Below are positions 35,700 through 45,121 of a stretch of 64,000 nucleotides of DNA, one piece after another. The DNA comes from Pseudomonadota bacterium. GTDB taxonomy: Bacteria; Pseudomonadota; Alphaproteobacteria; Micavibrionales; UBA1664. The stretch is from positions 98,551 through 162,550 of the forward strand of contig RFNZ01000003.1 in the NCBI GenBank assembly GCA_009926935.1, given 5' to 3'. The notes beneath the pieces are model-generated. The model was not told the origin of the DNA, made no database searches, and was given only the letters and a program-made list of their open reading frames with translations. The stretch's first letter is position 1. Every line of letters starts with the position of its first letter. The position numbers were made by a program, and so were the translations under genes.

Positions 35700-38447
35700 T
35701 CAAAGTCCTTCAAAATTTTTGAGTGCGAGCGCGCATAGTTTTTCGGTTTGTTCATGGATTTCTTTTTCGGAAGGAGGCGTTGCGCGCAACGCTTTTGTGG
35801 TGGCCACGCGCAATTTCATCGTGAGTTCCGGATCGGTATAGGAGAGAGGTGGCTTTGTGCCTAAAATCTCGCACAGTGCGTGCAGTTTTGGGGTGTTTCC
35901 TTCAAAGGCTACAAAAGGCGTGCCAAGGCAGGCAGCGGCAATCGAGTAGTGAAAGCGGCCCGATACAAGCAGCGCGGCGCTTGCAAGATGCGTAAACCAC
36001 TCATCCATGCTTGAGGCTTCGGTAATGGTGATGCCCGGTGCCATGCCGGCTATAAAGTCGCAGAAATCCTTGTCTTCAGAGGCTTTTGCGATTTTTGCAC
36101 CTATCAGTATATCGGTTGCATAACCCTCGCTTTTGAAATCCTCCAGCACGGCCCGGTAAGCGTTTGCCGATTGCGCAGAAAAATTGGAAGAGCCTGCGAG
36201 GATGATTCGTTTCCGGCGCTCCGGCCTTGTGGTTTGGGAAGCCCATTTTTTAGCTGTAAGCGGTAGGCTATCGAATGCCAGCGTGTTTTTTATGCCGACG
36301 GATTCCAGAATTTTATGGCTAATGGGGTCGCGCACGGCCACGTAGTCTGCGGCCCTGTACCCTTTGAGGTAGTAGGCGAGAACGGACGGGTTTGTGAGTT
36401 GTACGCTGTCTTCCGGGAAACAGGCGTGGTTGATGATATGCACTTTTTTTCCAAAAAACGTTTTGGCCGCATAGGCCAGATACAAAAGCTTGAGTGCATT
36501 TGGGTTCGTGCCGTGGATTGTACCTTCGCCATTGATGACGACCGTATCGGCACGCTCGATTGCGCTGATCAAGGTGGGGTCTGAAAAGCGCATCGTTGAG
36601 GCAAAGAGCCGCGAATCAAAATCGCCAAGGGTTTTTGGTGCGACCGTTATCCCGTTAAGTTCGAGATAACTAGATGTTTCAAGGTGATAGCCTTTGTTTT
36701 TTATCTCGTTCTGCAATGCTTCGGAAGTGGCTGTGCAACCCCAGTGGTAAGTCGCGGATGTATCATTCAGAAGAAGAACGCTTTTTGGTGGCCTGGGTTG
36801 CGGTTTGGACCGTGTTTGAAACACGGCTGGCCTGAGCTGCGATTCATCACCGGTAATGACGGCCTTGATGCCGGCTTCAATCGCTTTCAGCACGCTCTTA
36901 AAGTTACGCTCAGGCCCCTGTCTAAATAGCCGCATTGTCGGGTACCACGGGGTTGATAAGTGCCCCAGATGCCAGCGCCAATAGGCATCGTACGGCAGCA
37001 GCGTCCAAACCGGTTTACCCAAGGCACCGGCTGCGTGGACGGTTGTATTATCGACGGAGATGATCAGATCGCAGGCGGCAATCTGGCTTACATGTGCTTC
37101 GATATCTGTATACGGATCTACAGAGTCATCGTGAAGAACGCTGAAGCCGTTTTTTGCATTTTCTTCCCGCTCAGCTACGGTATCGCCGTATTGAAGATCG
37201 ATTATTTTGATGCCCGGTACATCCTTGAGGAATGACAGGTCTGAAAGCGGGAGCGAGCGTTTATGGCCAGCATCCAGTGATTGGGATGACCATGTGATAC
37301 CGATGACAAACCTCGTTTGTGCATCCTTATAATTTTTTGGGCTTCTTGCTTTTATGTACGGCACCTGCGCCGGAACATCAGCGATGGTTGTTTTGAAGAC
37401 GGAAGGCAAAGAACCGAATGCAACCATATAATCGGCTTCGATTTTATCGTCGTTCTTCAAGTCTTCTTTTATCAGTATGCTGTGCAAGAATGGGAAGGAC
37501 GTTTCAAGAAGTGTTTTGAGCTTTTTTTCGCAAATCACTGATATTTTTATATTTTTATATCTGTTTTCCAGCAGCGGCAGGTAACGGGCGCACATGAGCG
37601 TGTCGCCGATGCCCTGTTCTACAAAGACCAAAAGTTTTTTATCTGTCAGGTCTTCTCCGTACCAGTTGGGTATATCGGTTGTCGGCCTGAATTTGGGCAT
37701 GGAGCTTACATGCCAGTTCCACTCGTAATGTGGCCAGCCACACTCATAATCCTCGTTTTGTATATAGGCACAGCCAAGGGCGTAGTGTGCGGCGGCGGCA
37801 AGAGGGGTTATCTCGAGGGCGCGTTTGAGGTCGGCTATGGCTTTTGGCAGGTCGTGCTTCTTTTTGTGGGCGTAAGCGCGGTTCACATAAACATTGGCAA
37901 GAAGCGGGTGGGCGCTCAGCGCTTTGTCAAAAAGGGCGATCGCCTCTGCCAGCTTGCCCTGATTGGCAAGAGCAAGGCCGAAGTTGGATATGTTTCGCGG
38001 GTTATCAGGCGCTTGATCATAGGCTTTTTTGTAAAAGTCGAATTCGCGATCATGAAGATGGTTTGCGCGGCAAACGTGGCCCATAGCAGACCAGTAAGCA
38101 GGCATATCGGAAAAGCGACTGGAGACTGATTCAAGTAGGGCCAGAGCCTTTTGAGGGCTGGCTGTGTTGATAAGTGCATCGGCCTCGCGCACATAGGCCG
38201 TGAGACCCATGTAGGGCAAGGAGGGGTTGTTTTTTTGCCAGTCCGCATGCACACGCAGCAACCTATCCCACGCAGAAGTGCGGGCGAGGCACTGGCTCAG
38301 GAGATCGAAGGTGATGCTATCTGCCCTGTTGTTCTTTAAATGAGCTTCAAGCTTATCCGCAGCTTCGGAAACCGAGCCCGCGGCCATAAGCTTTTCCGCT
38401 TCGGCGTTCGGATTCGTACGGTGCGGGTCTGGTTTTGTTAATTTCAT
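35700..38447 (-). CDS. Tri-domain protein: N-terminal TPR repeats + GT-B/GT9-like (FlmG-like) glycosyltransferase domain + C-terminal polysaccharide pyruvyl-transferase-like domain; putative flagellin-modifying enzyme
   Basis: 915 aa. TPR-like helices cover residues ~20-230. The middle region has LLVFVEQGIGDTLMCARYLPLL...IISVDNTTVHAAGALGKPVWTLLPY...WYPTMRLFRQ. The C-terminal region has VVINGEGTIHG...LLVSGRFHYSIAAACLGTPFVAFEGNTPK. Lies next to the flagellin genes. Confidence 0.6.
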   Translation of the reverse strand: MKLTKPDPHRTNPNAEAEKLMAAGSVSEAADKLEAHLKNNRADSITFDLLSQCLARTSAWDRLLRVHADWQKNNPSLPYMGLTAYVREADALINTASPQKALALLESVSSRFSDMPAYWSAMGHVCRANHLHDREFDFYKKAYDQAPDNPRNISNFGLALANQGKLAEAIALFDKALSAHPLLANVYVNRAYAHKKKHDLPKAIADLKRALEITPLAAAAHYALGCAYIQNEDYECGWPHYEWNWHVSSMPKFRPTTDIPNWYGEDLTDKKLLVFVEQGIGDTLMCARYLPLLENRYKNIKISVICEKKLKTLLETSFPFLHSILIKEDLKNDDKIEADYMVAFGSLPSVFKTTIADVPAQVPYIKARSPKNYKDAQTRFVIGITWSSQSLDAGHKRSLPLSDLSFLKDVPGIKIIDLQYGDTVAEREENAKNGFSVLHDDSVDPYTDIEAHVSQIAACDLIISVDNTTVHAAGALGKPVWTLLPYDAYWRWHLGHLSTPWYPTMRLFRQGPERNFKSVLKAIEAGIKAVITGDESQLRPAVFQTRSKPQPRPPKSVLLLNDTSATYHWGCTATSEALQNEIKNKGYHLETSSYLELNGITVAPKTLGDFDSRLFASTMRFSDPTLISAIERADTVVINGEGTIHGTNPNALKLLYLAYAAKTFFGKKVHIINHACFPEDSVQLTNPSVLAYYLKGYRAADYVAVRDPISHKILESVGIKNTLAFDSLPLTAKKWASQTTRPERRKRIILAGSSNFSAQSANAYRAVLEDFKSEGYATDILIGAKIAKASEDKDFCDFIAGMAPGITITEASSMDEWFTHLASAALLVSGRFHYSIAAACLGTPFVAFEGNTPKLHALCEILGTKPPLSYTDPELTMKLRVATTKALRATPPSEKEIHEQTEKLCALALKNFEGL

Positions 38448-38513
38448 CGCGTTTCATCGTAGGTGGGGCGCTTTATGTACGCAACGCCTAGCTTATGTAC
38501 AGGTATACACAGT

Positions 38514-38548
38514 GCGCCCCGCCCGATGCTTCTGCACAGGCGGGGCGC
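38514..38548 (-). terminator. GC-rich hairpin between flgE and the TPR/GT gene
   Basis: 10-bp stem GCGCCCCGCC / GGCGGGGCGC with a 15-nt loop, 43 nt after the flgE stop. The U-tract is weak. Confidence 0.4.
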
Positions 38549-38590
38549 TTTAGCCGAAACCATTACCCGTTCATCGGGCCATGTTGCGGA

Positions 38591-40558
38591 TTAACGCAGT
38601 CTCAGCAATTCCTCTGTCATTTCGTCGGCGGTTCTGATGACCTTGGTACCAGCTGAGTAAGCGCGCTGGGTTACGATCATGCGGGTGAACTCGTCGGCGA
38701 TATCGACGTTCGATGATTCAAGCGCTCCGCCTTCTACAAGGCCCGCACCGCCAGTTCCTGCTTCACGCAAGTTGTACGATCCGGATTCGGAGGTTTGAAT
38801 AAAGGCGTTACCTGTTTGCTCCGTCAAGCTGTTCGGGCTTGTGAAGGTTGCAAGAGGCAGTTTGAAGAGCGCGGATGTCTGGCCGTTTGAGAAGCGTGCT
38901 GTCACGATCCCTTCGCGGTCAATCTCAACACCGGTACGCAGGCCGAGTTCGGCGCCGTTCTGTGTTGCGCTTGTTACGTTATACTCACCTGAGAACTGGG
39001 TCAGGCCGGAGATATCCAGAAGGATGTCCTGCAGCGCCGAACCGTTGCCCCAGTTGATGTCACTGAGCTGGATGGATTGCAGGCCATTCAGGTCGGCTAC
39101 GCCGTTGATTGTACCGTCCGATCCGAAGTTCATGGAACCCTGGCTGAGGATGGTGCCTGTATCAAGGTCGGCCAGGTTGAGCTGCCACCAGCCGTAAGGG
39201 TTGGCTGTCGCACCTAGTCCGTCATCCGGGTAGATGGTGGGCGGTGTTGGCGCGGTTTCAGCCACAGCCGTAAAGCCCATGATGGTTGCCGGTGTACCTG
39301 CCGCGTTGGTGACCGCTACCGTTTGAGTGATATCGGTAGCCTGGATACGGAGTGCGCCAGTGGATGTCAATTCAGCGCGTGCGACACCTGACAGGTTGGT
39401 GTTGATCTGATCGATGAAGTCCTGCATGTCAGTTGCGGCACCTACCGTGAACGTATCGGAAGATGTGCCGACCGTCACAGTGAGCTGGTTACCGTTGACG
39501 ATACCTGGGATGGAGTTAAACAGCGTGGCTGTTGTAAAGCCCGTACCGTTGACACCTGTCGAATGGTTGTGGGCCGCGTTGGTCGTGAAGCCAAGTGCCG
39601 AGACAGCGCTCTGGGCACCAACTTGTACACCGCTCGTTACAACAACGGCGTCGTTGAAGTTCTTGGCGATGATGTTGATCTGGCCGCCTGCTGTGAGTTC
39701 AGCCGTCGCGACATCCTGCAAGGTCACGTGGGTGTTTACAAAGTCGATCAGGTTTTGAACCGTTGACGTTGCGGTGATCGTGTACGCTGCCGATACGCCG
39801 CCGACGCTGATGTTCACTGTTTCCGTTGGGTCAATGTTGGTCAGTGAATCCAGAAGAGTGGTTCTTGTAAGGGCTGTTGCAGAAGTTGACTCGGCCCGGG
39901 CCGTTGGTGATGCGTGGTGATAGAATTGAAGTTCAAGGTTTTGGCCTTCACCGAGTGAGTCGAATACTTTGAGTGTCCGTTTGAAGTCAGCCTGGCTACC
40001 GGGGACAACCGGGAAGGTTGTCAGCGGCTCTGCGCCATCAAGGTTGATGTTGAACTCGGCTGTCGTGGTGGCTTTTGTGAGGCCGCCCAACAGCGAAACG
40101 TTGACCGATTCAAGGGATGAAATGTCGTCACGACCTGCGGGCAGATCGCCGTTTTCATCAAGGCGCCAGCCCATCAGATAGAAGCCGGCCGTGTTACGCA
40201 GGAACCCTTGTGAGTCCTCGCTGAACGAGCCGGCACGCGTAAAGAGGGACTCCTGAATACCTGTTGGCGCACGCTGGACAACGAAGAAACCGTTACCCGA
40301 GAGCGATACGTCAGTCGGTGAGTTGGTTTGCTGGAGCGCACCCTGACCATTGATCTTTTGAATGGTACGGGCGAGAACCGAACCCGGTGTATAACGGGCG
40401 TTGCCGGACTCGGATGTCACGAGCGACTGGAAAGACGCTTCGCGGCGTTTGTAGCCGACAGTCGAGACGTTGGCGATGTTGTTTGCGATCATACCAAGGG
40501 ACTGTGCTTGCGCGCCCAGGGCAGAAACGCCTGTAATGAGTGATCCGAAAAGTGACAT
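38591..40558 (-). CDS. flgE: Flagellar hook protein FlgE (long form)
   Basis: Rod/hook N-terminal motif (GVSALGAQAQSLGMIANNIANVSTVGYKR) and C-terminal motif (VDIADEFTRMIVTQRAYSAGTKVIRTADEM). The central insert carries two IN-type motifs. Confidence 0.92.
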   Translation of the reverse strand: MSLFGSLITGVSALGAQAQSLGMIANNIANVSTVGYKRREASFQSLVTSESGNARYTPGSVLARTIQKINGQGALQQTNSPTDVSLSGNGFFVVQRAPTGIQESLFTRAGSFSEDSQGFLRNTAGFYLMGWRLDENGDLPAGRDDISSLESVNVSLLGGLTKATTTAEFNINLDGAEPLTTFPVVPGSQADFKRTLKVFDSLGEGQNLELQFYHHASPTARAESTSATALTRTTLLDSLTNIDPTETVNISVGGVSAAYTITATSTVQNLIDFVNTHVTLQDVATAELTAGGQINIIAKNFNDAVVVTSGVQVGAQSAVSALGFTTNAAHNHSTGVNGTGFTTATLFNSIPGIVNGNQLTVTVGTSSDTFTVGAATDMQDFIDQINTNLSGVARAELTSTGALRIQATDITQTVAVTNAAGTPATIMGFTAVAETAPTPPTIYPDDGLGATANPYGWWQLNLADLDTGTILSQGSMNFGSDGTINGVADLNGLQSIQLSDINWGNGSALQDILLDISGLTQFSGEYNVTSATQNGAELGLRTGVEIDREGIVTARFSNGQTSALFKLPLATFTSPNSLTEQTGNAFIQTSESGSYNLREAGTGGAGLVEGGALESSNVDIADEFTRMIVTQRAYSAGTKVIRTADEMTEELLRLR

Positions 40559-40611
40559 GGTAACCTCCTAAAAAGTGGTGTTGGCAGTGTTTGGTTTACG
40601 AGAAATCATGG

Positions 40612-41286
40612 TCAGGCCCCATCCGGTTCTGTTACGGAGAGAACTGAAGTGGCCTCGACGCGCCTGTCGCCGTTGAGAGCCAAATACAAAACGCCATCTA
40701 GGGTTTCGACACCCTCTACATGGGCGGGAACACCGGTGTACGATTTAAGCGGTTCGTTGGCTGCGTTGAGCGCATCAAGGCGCAGCGTGTAGTTTTCGTT
40801 GAGAGCAACGGCTGCGCCGAACTCATCCTTGCCATCCCATGTAACGTTGCCACTTAGCGTGCCTGTTGGGATATTGAGTGTACGAATAACCTGGTTATTT
40901 TTGTCGATGACACGGAGTTTCGCATCTTTCGAGACGCCATCGATTGCGTAACCGATTTTGAAGTCATGCCCCTCGTTGTGGACGGTATTGCCCTTGAAGT
41001 AGACATCCTTACCGATATAACCAATTGATTGACCGATCTGGTTGCTGTTGTGCTGGTTGAGCATAGAGTCCAGCTTTTCGTTGCCGATAATCGCCTGCTC
41101 GACCTGCGAGAACTGAACGAGCTGGTTAGTAAATTCCTGCGATTCCATCGGGTCCAGAGGATCCTGGTTTTTCAGCTGTGTTGTCAGCAGAATCAGGAAC
41201 TGGTTATACGTATCAGCCGCTTTTTTCTTGGCGTCGCCCGTTGAGGTCGCCAGTGCGCTGAGAGTGGATGAACTTACGCTGGGCAT
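40612..41286 (-). CDS. flgD: Flagellar hook capping/assembly protein FlgD
   Basis: TYNQFLILLTTQLKNQDPLDPMESQEFTNQLVQFSQVEQ signature. 224 aa. Confidence 0.92.
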   Translation of the reverse strand: MPSVSSSTLSALATSTGDAKKKAADTYNQFLILLTTQLKNQDPLDPMESQEFTNQLVQFSQVEQAIIGNEKLDSMLNQHNSNQIGQSIGYIGKDVYFKGNTVHNEGHDFKIGYAIDGVSKDAKLRVIDKNNQVIRTLNIPTGTLSGNVTWDGKDEFGAAVALNENYTLRLDALNAANEPLKSYTGVPAHVEGVETLDGVLYLALNGDRRVEATSVLSVTEPDGA

Positions 41287-41302
41287 TGCCTTGTTCCTTT
41301 TC

Positions 41303-43087
41303 CTAGATCACGACGTTGATGTGGGTTAAGCCTGTTTCAGGATCCACAAAAACCTGCATGACGTTTTCGATGGTTGCAAAATCCGTGCCATCGTCACTTT
41401 TGTTTTCACCTTTTCCTTCATGACCGCCTGCGCCGCCGCCAAAACCTTGTGAAAAATCGCCTGTATCACCAAGATCAAAGCTGAGTGAGTCCGGTGCGCT
41501 GGCATCAAATCCACTGCCTTGAAGCGCGCGTTCCAGAACGGACGCATCTTTTTGCAGAAGAGAAATTGTTTCTGGACGTTCGGCCAGAAGACGCGCCTTG
41601 ATCTTGTTGTTCTCGATAAAGTCGAGCGTGATTTTCAGGCGGCCCATGTTTGGTGGGTCGAGCTGTATGACAAACTGACGCTCGCCCAGCGTGCCTGCGG
41701 GCATATCACCCGCTACGCGCTGCATGGTTAGGGCAATAAGGTGTGTTGATGGGTGTGATGAGCCTGCTGATCGCGCAGAAATTAAAGACGAGCTGCTGTT
41801 GACCGGCAGTGTCTGATCCGCATGGACGCGCAGAGCGTCATCGAATGCGGAGCTGAGATCAAACTCAGAAATTTCCGCTAGTCCGTTTTCTAGACCTTTG
41901 GCAGTCTGAACGATGCCTTGTGTAGCAGGCGCGGCATTGGCTGGAGTTACCGTTACGAGCAATGGTGTACTTACTACCGGTTTAGCCGCAGACGCTGCAT
42001 TTGATACCGCTGCCTCAATGTTTTGAGTGGCGTCGCTTGTTGGGGCCTTTGTACTTGGAGCGGACGATGCCGGTTGATTTGTTTTGGGCTGCATAGCGGC
42101 AAGTGCAGCGAGATGGGCTGGCAGAATGCCAACTGCCGCATTGCTTTTTGCAACTGTTTTTGAAGCTACGGGTGCATCGGCGGATGGTGTTACCGGCGTA
42201 ACTTCAGGCGCTTTTGCTACAACGGGCACAAGGCCTGCAAGAAGAGTCATGGCTGTTGCATCCGTACCCTCGTCATGGAGGAAAGACGGGCCTTGCGCTA
42301 CTTTCATGACGGTTCGGTTATCTATGCGCACAACGCGCGGCTGCGTCAGGAATGGGGCGAGATCGGCAAAAGCCAGTTTTTTGAGAAGATCGAAACCGTC
42401 GCTCTCCGTCTTTACATCGGCACTGGAGATTGTGAGTGTATCAACAGGTTTGGAGCGAAGTTCGGTCAGAACAGATTCAAAGTCCGTAGCATCCAGAACA
42501 ACTGCGTTCTCAACATCACTTTTCAGTGATGTCGCCTGCGGTTTTTGAATGACCACGGCAACGGGCACATTAGCTGTTTCAGAAGGATTAGAAACGGCAA
42601 CCTGAAGAGCTTTTACCTGTGCCGCGAGATTGGCGAGAGCGTTCGCCAGTTTGGGGTCATCGACCACTGTAAAAAATTCGGGCAGCTGCTCGCCGTCAAC
42701 CGTGAACGATGAAAGCGCATCAAGGATACCGAGCGTGGTTGCGCCGAGCTCAGACGGGTCAATCACGGCATTCAGCTTGAGTGTGTCCAACTGCTCGGGC
42801 GTTAAAGTTTTGAGTGCAGCCAGAAATTCAGGTGTTACGAGCGTCTCGTTCAGAATACCTGTGCCGGCCTTGGGGCCTGTTGTGGCCTCAACAGTTGAGG
42901 AAGCCAGAATTTTGCCGACCGTGTTTGGCTGTATCTTGGCAAGTGATGCCAACAACGCCTGAAAGTCGGCCGTGCTGGAAGGATTGCCCAAAAGAGCATC
43001 ACCAACATTGAAAGCCGCAATCTTTTTACCCTTGGCAACGGCGCCGCTGCCAAGAAGCTGGTTAATTGAGAGGGTTGCGTTCGTCAT
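41303..43087 (-). CDS. fliK: Flagellar hook-length control protein FliK
   Basis: 594 aa with an A/T/P-rich body. C-terminal Flg_hook-type domain (FVIQLDPPNMGRLKITLDFIENNKIKARLLAERPETISLLQKDASVLERALQGSGF). Sits upstream of flgD-flgE. Confidence 0.8.
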   Translation of the reverse strand: MTNATLSINQLLGSGAVAKGKKIAAFNVGDALLGNPSSTADFQALLASLAKIQPNTVGKILASSTVEATTGPKAGTGILNETLVTPEFLAALKTLTPEQLDTLKLNAVIDPSELGATTLGILDALSSFTVDGEQLPEFFTVVDDPKLANALANLAAQVKALQVAVSNPSETANVPVAVVIQKPQATSLKSDVENAVVLDATDFESVLTELRSKPVDTLTISSADVKTESDGFDLLKKLAFADLAPFLTQPRVVRIDNRTVMKVAQGPSFLHDEGTDATAMTLLAGLVPVVAKAPEVTPVTPSADAPVASKTVAKSNAAVGILPAHLAALAAMQPKTNQPASSAPSTKAPTSDATQNIEAAVSNAASAAKPVVSTPLLVTVTPANAAPATQGIVQTAKGLENGLAEISEFDLSSAFDDALRVHADQTLPVNSSSSLISARSAGSSHPSTHLIALTMQRVAGDMPAGTLGERQFVIQLDPPNMGRLKITLDFIENNKIKARLLAERPETISLLQKDASVLERALQGSGFDASAPDSLSFDLGDTGDFSQGFGGGAGGHEGKGENKSDDGTDFATIENVMQVFVDPETGLTHINVVI

Positions 43088-43116
43088 ATTCTATGACCTT
43101 TTATCTATACCGGTTT

Positions 43117-43569
43117 CTAGAGCACTTCATCGATCTTGATGGAGAGCGGAGATTTTGTATTGAGACTTGCGTGCCCTTGATAATTGTATGCCTTGCGGTT
43201 GGCCGTAACTGACTCGCGCGCGCTTTTCATGATCCGGTCCGTGATGCGTTGGATGGAATTGCGACCAGCCTCCAGTGCTTTGGTGTTGCGTTCTGCCGTA
43301 TCGTGAAAGCGGCTGACGATGGCTTTGAGCCTTGCCGCCACCTCATCGCTTGCCGTTGCGGCTGAGAGATTCTGTTTTGAAATTGTTTCCATCAGCGATT
43401 TGTAGCGAGCGAGCATCGCATGCTTATCGGCCTGGATGCTGCGGAAAGATGCGAAATCGGCAGAGCGTACGGAATCAGTTTCACGGTCCAGCAACTCGCA
43501 GAGCGCGTTTAGAACGGCTTCGGCTTCTGCTGCCAGTGTCTTTTGTGCATTCAGGGATGCTTGGCTCAT
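43117..43569 (-). CDS. FlbY/FlgN-like flagellar protein (position-based)
   Basis: 150-aa helical protein (LCELLDRETDSVRSADFASFRSIQADKHAMLARYKSL) located between the rod-binding protein gene and fliK. It overlaps the upstream gene by 4 nt. Confidence 0.4.
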   Translation of the reverse strand: MSQASLNAQKTLAAEAEAVLNALCELLDRETDSVRSADFASFRSIQADKHAMLARYKSLMETISKQNLSAATASDEVAARLKAIVSRFHDTAERNTKALEAGRNSIQRITDRIMKSARESVTANRKAYNYQGHASLNTKSPLSIKIDEVL

Positions 43570-43910
43570 TTGTTTAACTCCTCTTGTAAACTGATCATGT
43601 GTGTTTTCACTGAATCCGACATTCCAAAGCCGCCAGCCTTGACGATGGCCTTGCTGTATTCGTCAACCATCAGGCCGCGCCATGTTTCCTCGGCCTCGCC
43701 GCCGCCAAAAAGCGGATCAACGGCAACCGTATCGAACATGTGTGCGACCATTTCCGAGAGGAACATTGTCTCGAAATCCTTGGCGGCGCTGTCGATCTCG
43801 CTGATCTTTTTTGCGCTCAATCCGTTTTTAGCCTGCAGCATCGCGGTGTCTGCTGCGATAAGGCGGGAGAGAGCGGGATCTGCGGTTGCTGTCAGTCTGT
43901 CCATCATCAC
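43566..43910 (-). CDS. flgJ: Flagellar rod-binding protein (FlgJ N-terminal domain only; CheL-like)
   Basis: AAKDFETMFLSEMVAHMF...EETWRGLMVDEYSKAIVKAGGFGMSD matches the rod-binding domain pattern. There is no muramidase domain. Overlaps flgI by 4 nt. Confidence 0.75.
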   Translation of the reverse strand: MMMDRLTATADPALSRLIAADTAMLQAKNGLSAKKISEIDSAAKDFETMFLSEMVAHMFDTVAVDPLFGGGEAEETWRGLMVDEYSKAIVKAGGFGMSDSVKTHMISLQEELNK

Positions 43911-45022
43911 AGCACCTCTATCTCGGCTTGTATGGCGCCTGCGGCTTTGATGGCCTGGAGTATGGTAATGACATCGCGCGGGCTGACCCCTAAAGCGTTG
44001 AGCGATGAAACCAGTTCCTGCAGCGTGACGCCGGCGGGGAGGTAAGCGATATCGCCCCGGTCTTCGCCCGTATTCACATCGATTGTGGTGCGTGGAACTA
44101 CCTGTGTGCTGCCCTGCTGCGAGAAGGCGTTAGGCTGGCTGACCTGAGGTGTTTCCGTGATTCTGACTGTCAGGTTGCCCTGCGCCACAGCGACCGTGCT
44201 GATTTTGACATTGGAGCCCATGACGATGACGCCCGAGCGCTCGTCGATGACGATCTTGGCGACTTGATCAGGTTCGACTTCCAGCTGTTCGATATCGGTC
44301 AGCATGTCGACGACCGATTTTTCACCGATCTTGGTCAGACGAACGGTTGCGCCGTTTTCGGCCTCGGCAATTTTTGCCCCGTAGTTCTGATTGATGGTTG
44401 AGGCAATGCGGCGCGCTGTCGTGAGATCGGGGTTTTTTAGGGCCAAACGGACGCTTGGCAGGTCAGTTAGAGCAAATTCTATTTCGCGTTCGACGATGGC
44501 ACCGTTAGGCACACGGCCCGCTGTTGGGATGTTTTGCGTGACCGAACCCGCATCACCGCCTGCGGCAAATCCGCCTACCGCCACGGGGCCCTGGGCTACG
44601 GCATAAGCCTCGCCATCCGCACCCATGAGAGGGGTTACCAGCAATGTGCCGCCCTGCAGGCTTTTGGCATCGCCCAAGGTTGATACGTTGACATCAATCC
44701 GGCTGCCCTGATTGGCAAAGGGTGGCAACGTGCCTGTGACCATGACGGCTGCGACGTTACCGGTGTTGAGATTCTGGTCGCGCACGTTGACGCCGAGGCG
44801 CTCAAGCATCGCGGTTAAAGACTGCTTGGTGAAAGGGGCGTTATTGAGTTTGTCGCCGGTGCCGTTGAGGCCGACCACAAGGCCGTAGCCGATCAGCATG
44901 TTATCGCGGACGCCTTCGATATCCACGATGTCCTTGATGCGGGACATGCCGGAAGCCTGCGCGGATCCAAAACCCAGCGTAAATATGGCTAAAGCCAGAC
45001 ATATATAGGTGCGAATGCGCAT
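43907..45022 (-). CDS. flgI: Flagellar P-ring protein FlgI
   Basis: Signal peptide plus RIKDIVDIEGVRDNMLIGYGLVVGLNGTGD, and C-terminal LQAIKAAGAIQAEIEV. Confidence 0.95.
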   Translation of the reverse strand: MRIRTYICLALAIFTLGFGSAQASGMSRIKDIVDIEGVRDNMLIGYGLVVGLNGTGDKLNNAPFTKQSLTAMLERLGVNVRDQNLNTGNVAAVMVTGTLPPFANQGSRIDVNVSTLGDAKSLQGGTLLVTPLMGADGEAYAVAQGPVAVGGFAAGGDAGSVTQNIPTAGRVPNGAIVEREIEFALTDLPSVRLALKNPDLTTARRIASTINQNYGAKIAEAENGATVRLTKIGEKSVVDMLTDIEQLEVEPDQVAKIVIDERSGVIVMGSNVKISTVAVAQGNLTVRITETPQVSQPNAFSQQGSTQVVPRTTIDVNTGEDRGDIAYLPAGVTLQELVSSLNALGVSPRDVITILQAIKAAGAIQAEIEVL

Positions 45023-45047
45023 GATTGTCCTTTCCGGTTAATGACTT

Positions 45048-45063
45048 TGCGAAAAGCGTGCCA
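45048..45063 (-). promoter_or_regulatory. Sigma54 (-24/-12) promoter of the flgI operon
   Basis: Minus strand TGGCACGCTTTTCGCA (GG-N10-GC). The -12 GC lies ~27 nt upstream of the flgI ATG. Confidence 0.7.
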
Positions 45064-45121
45064 AAAACTCTTTATGGGCTTCGGCTTTGACCCTTTGCTG
45101 TGCATAAGCCATATTGAATGC

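Noticed and set aside
45081-45096. GGCTTTGACCCTTTGC upstream of fliX, considered as a plus-strand sigma54 promoter.
   Set aside because: The spacing is GG-N12-GC, which is two bases too long for a -24/-12 promoter.
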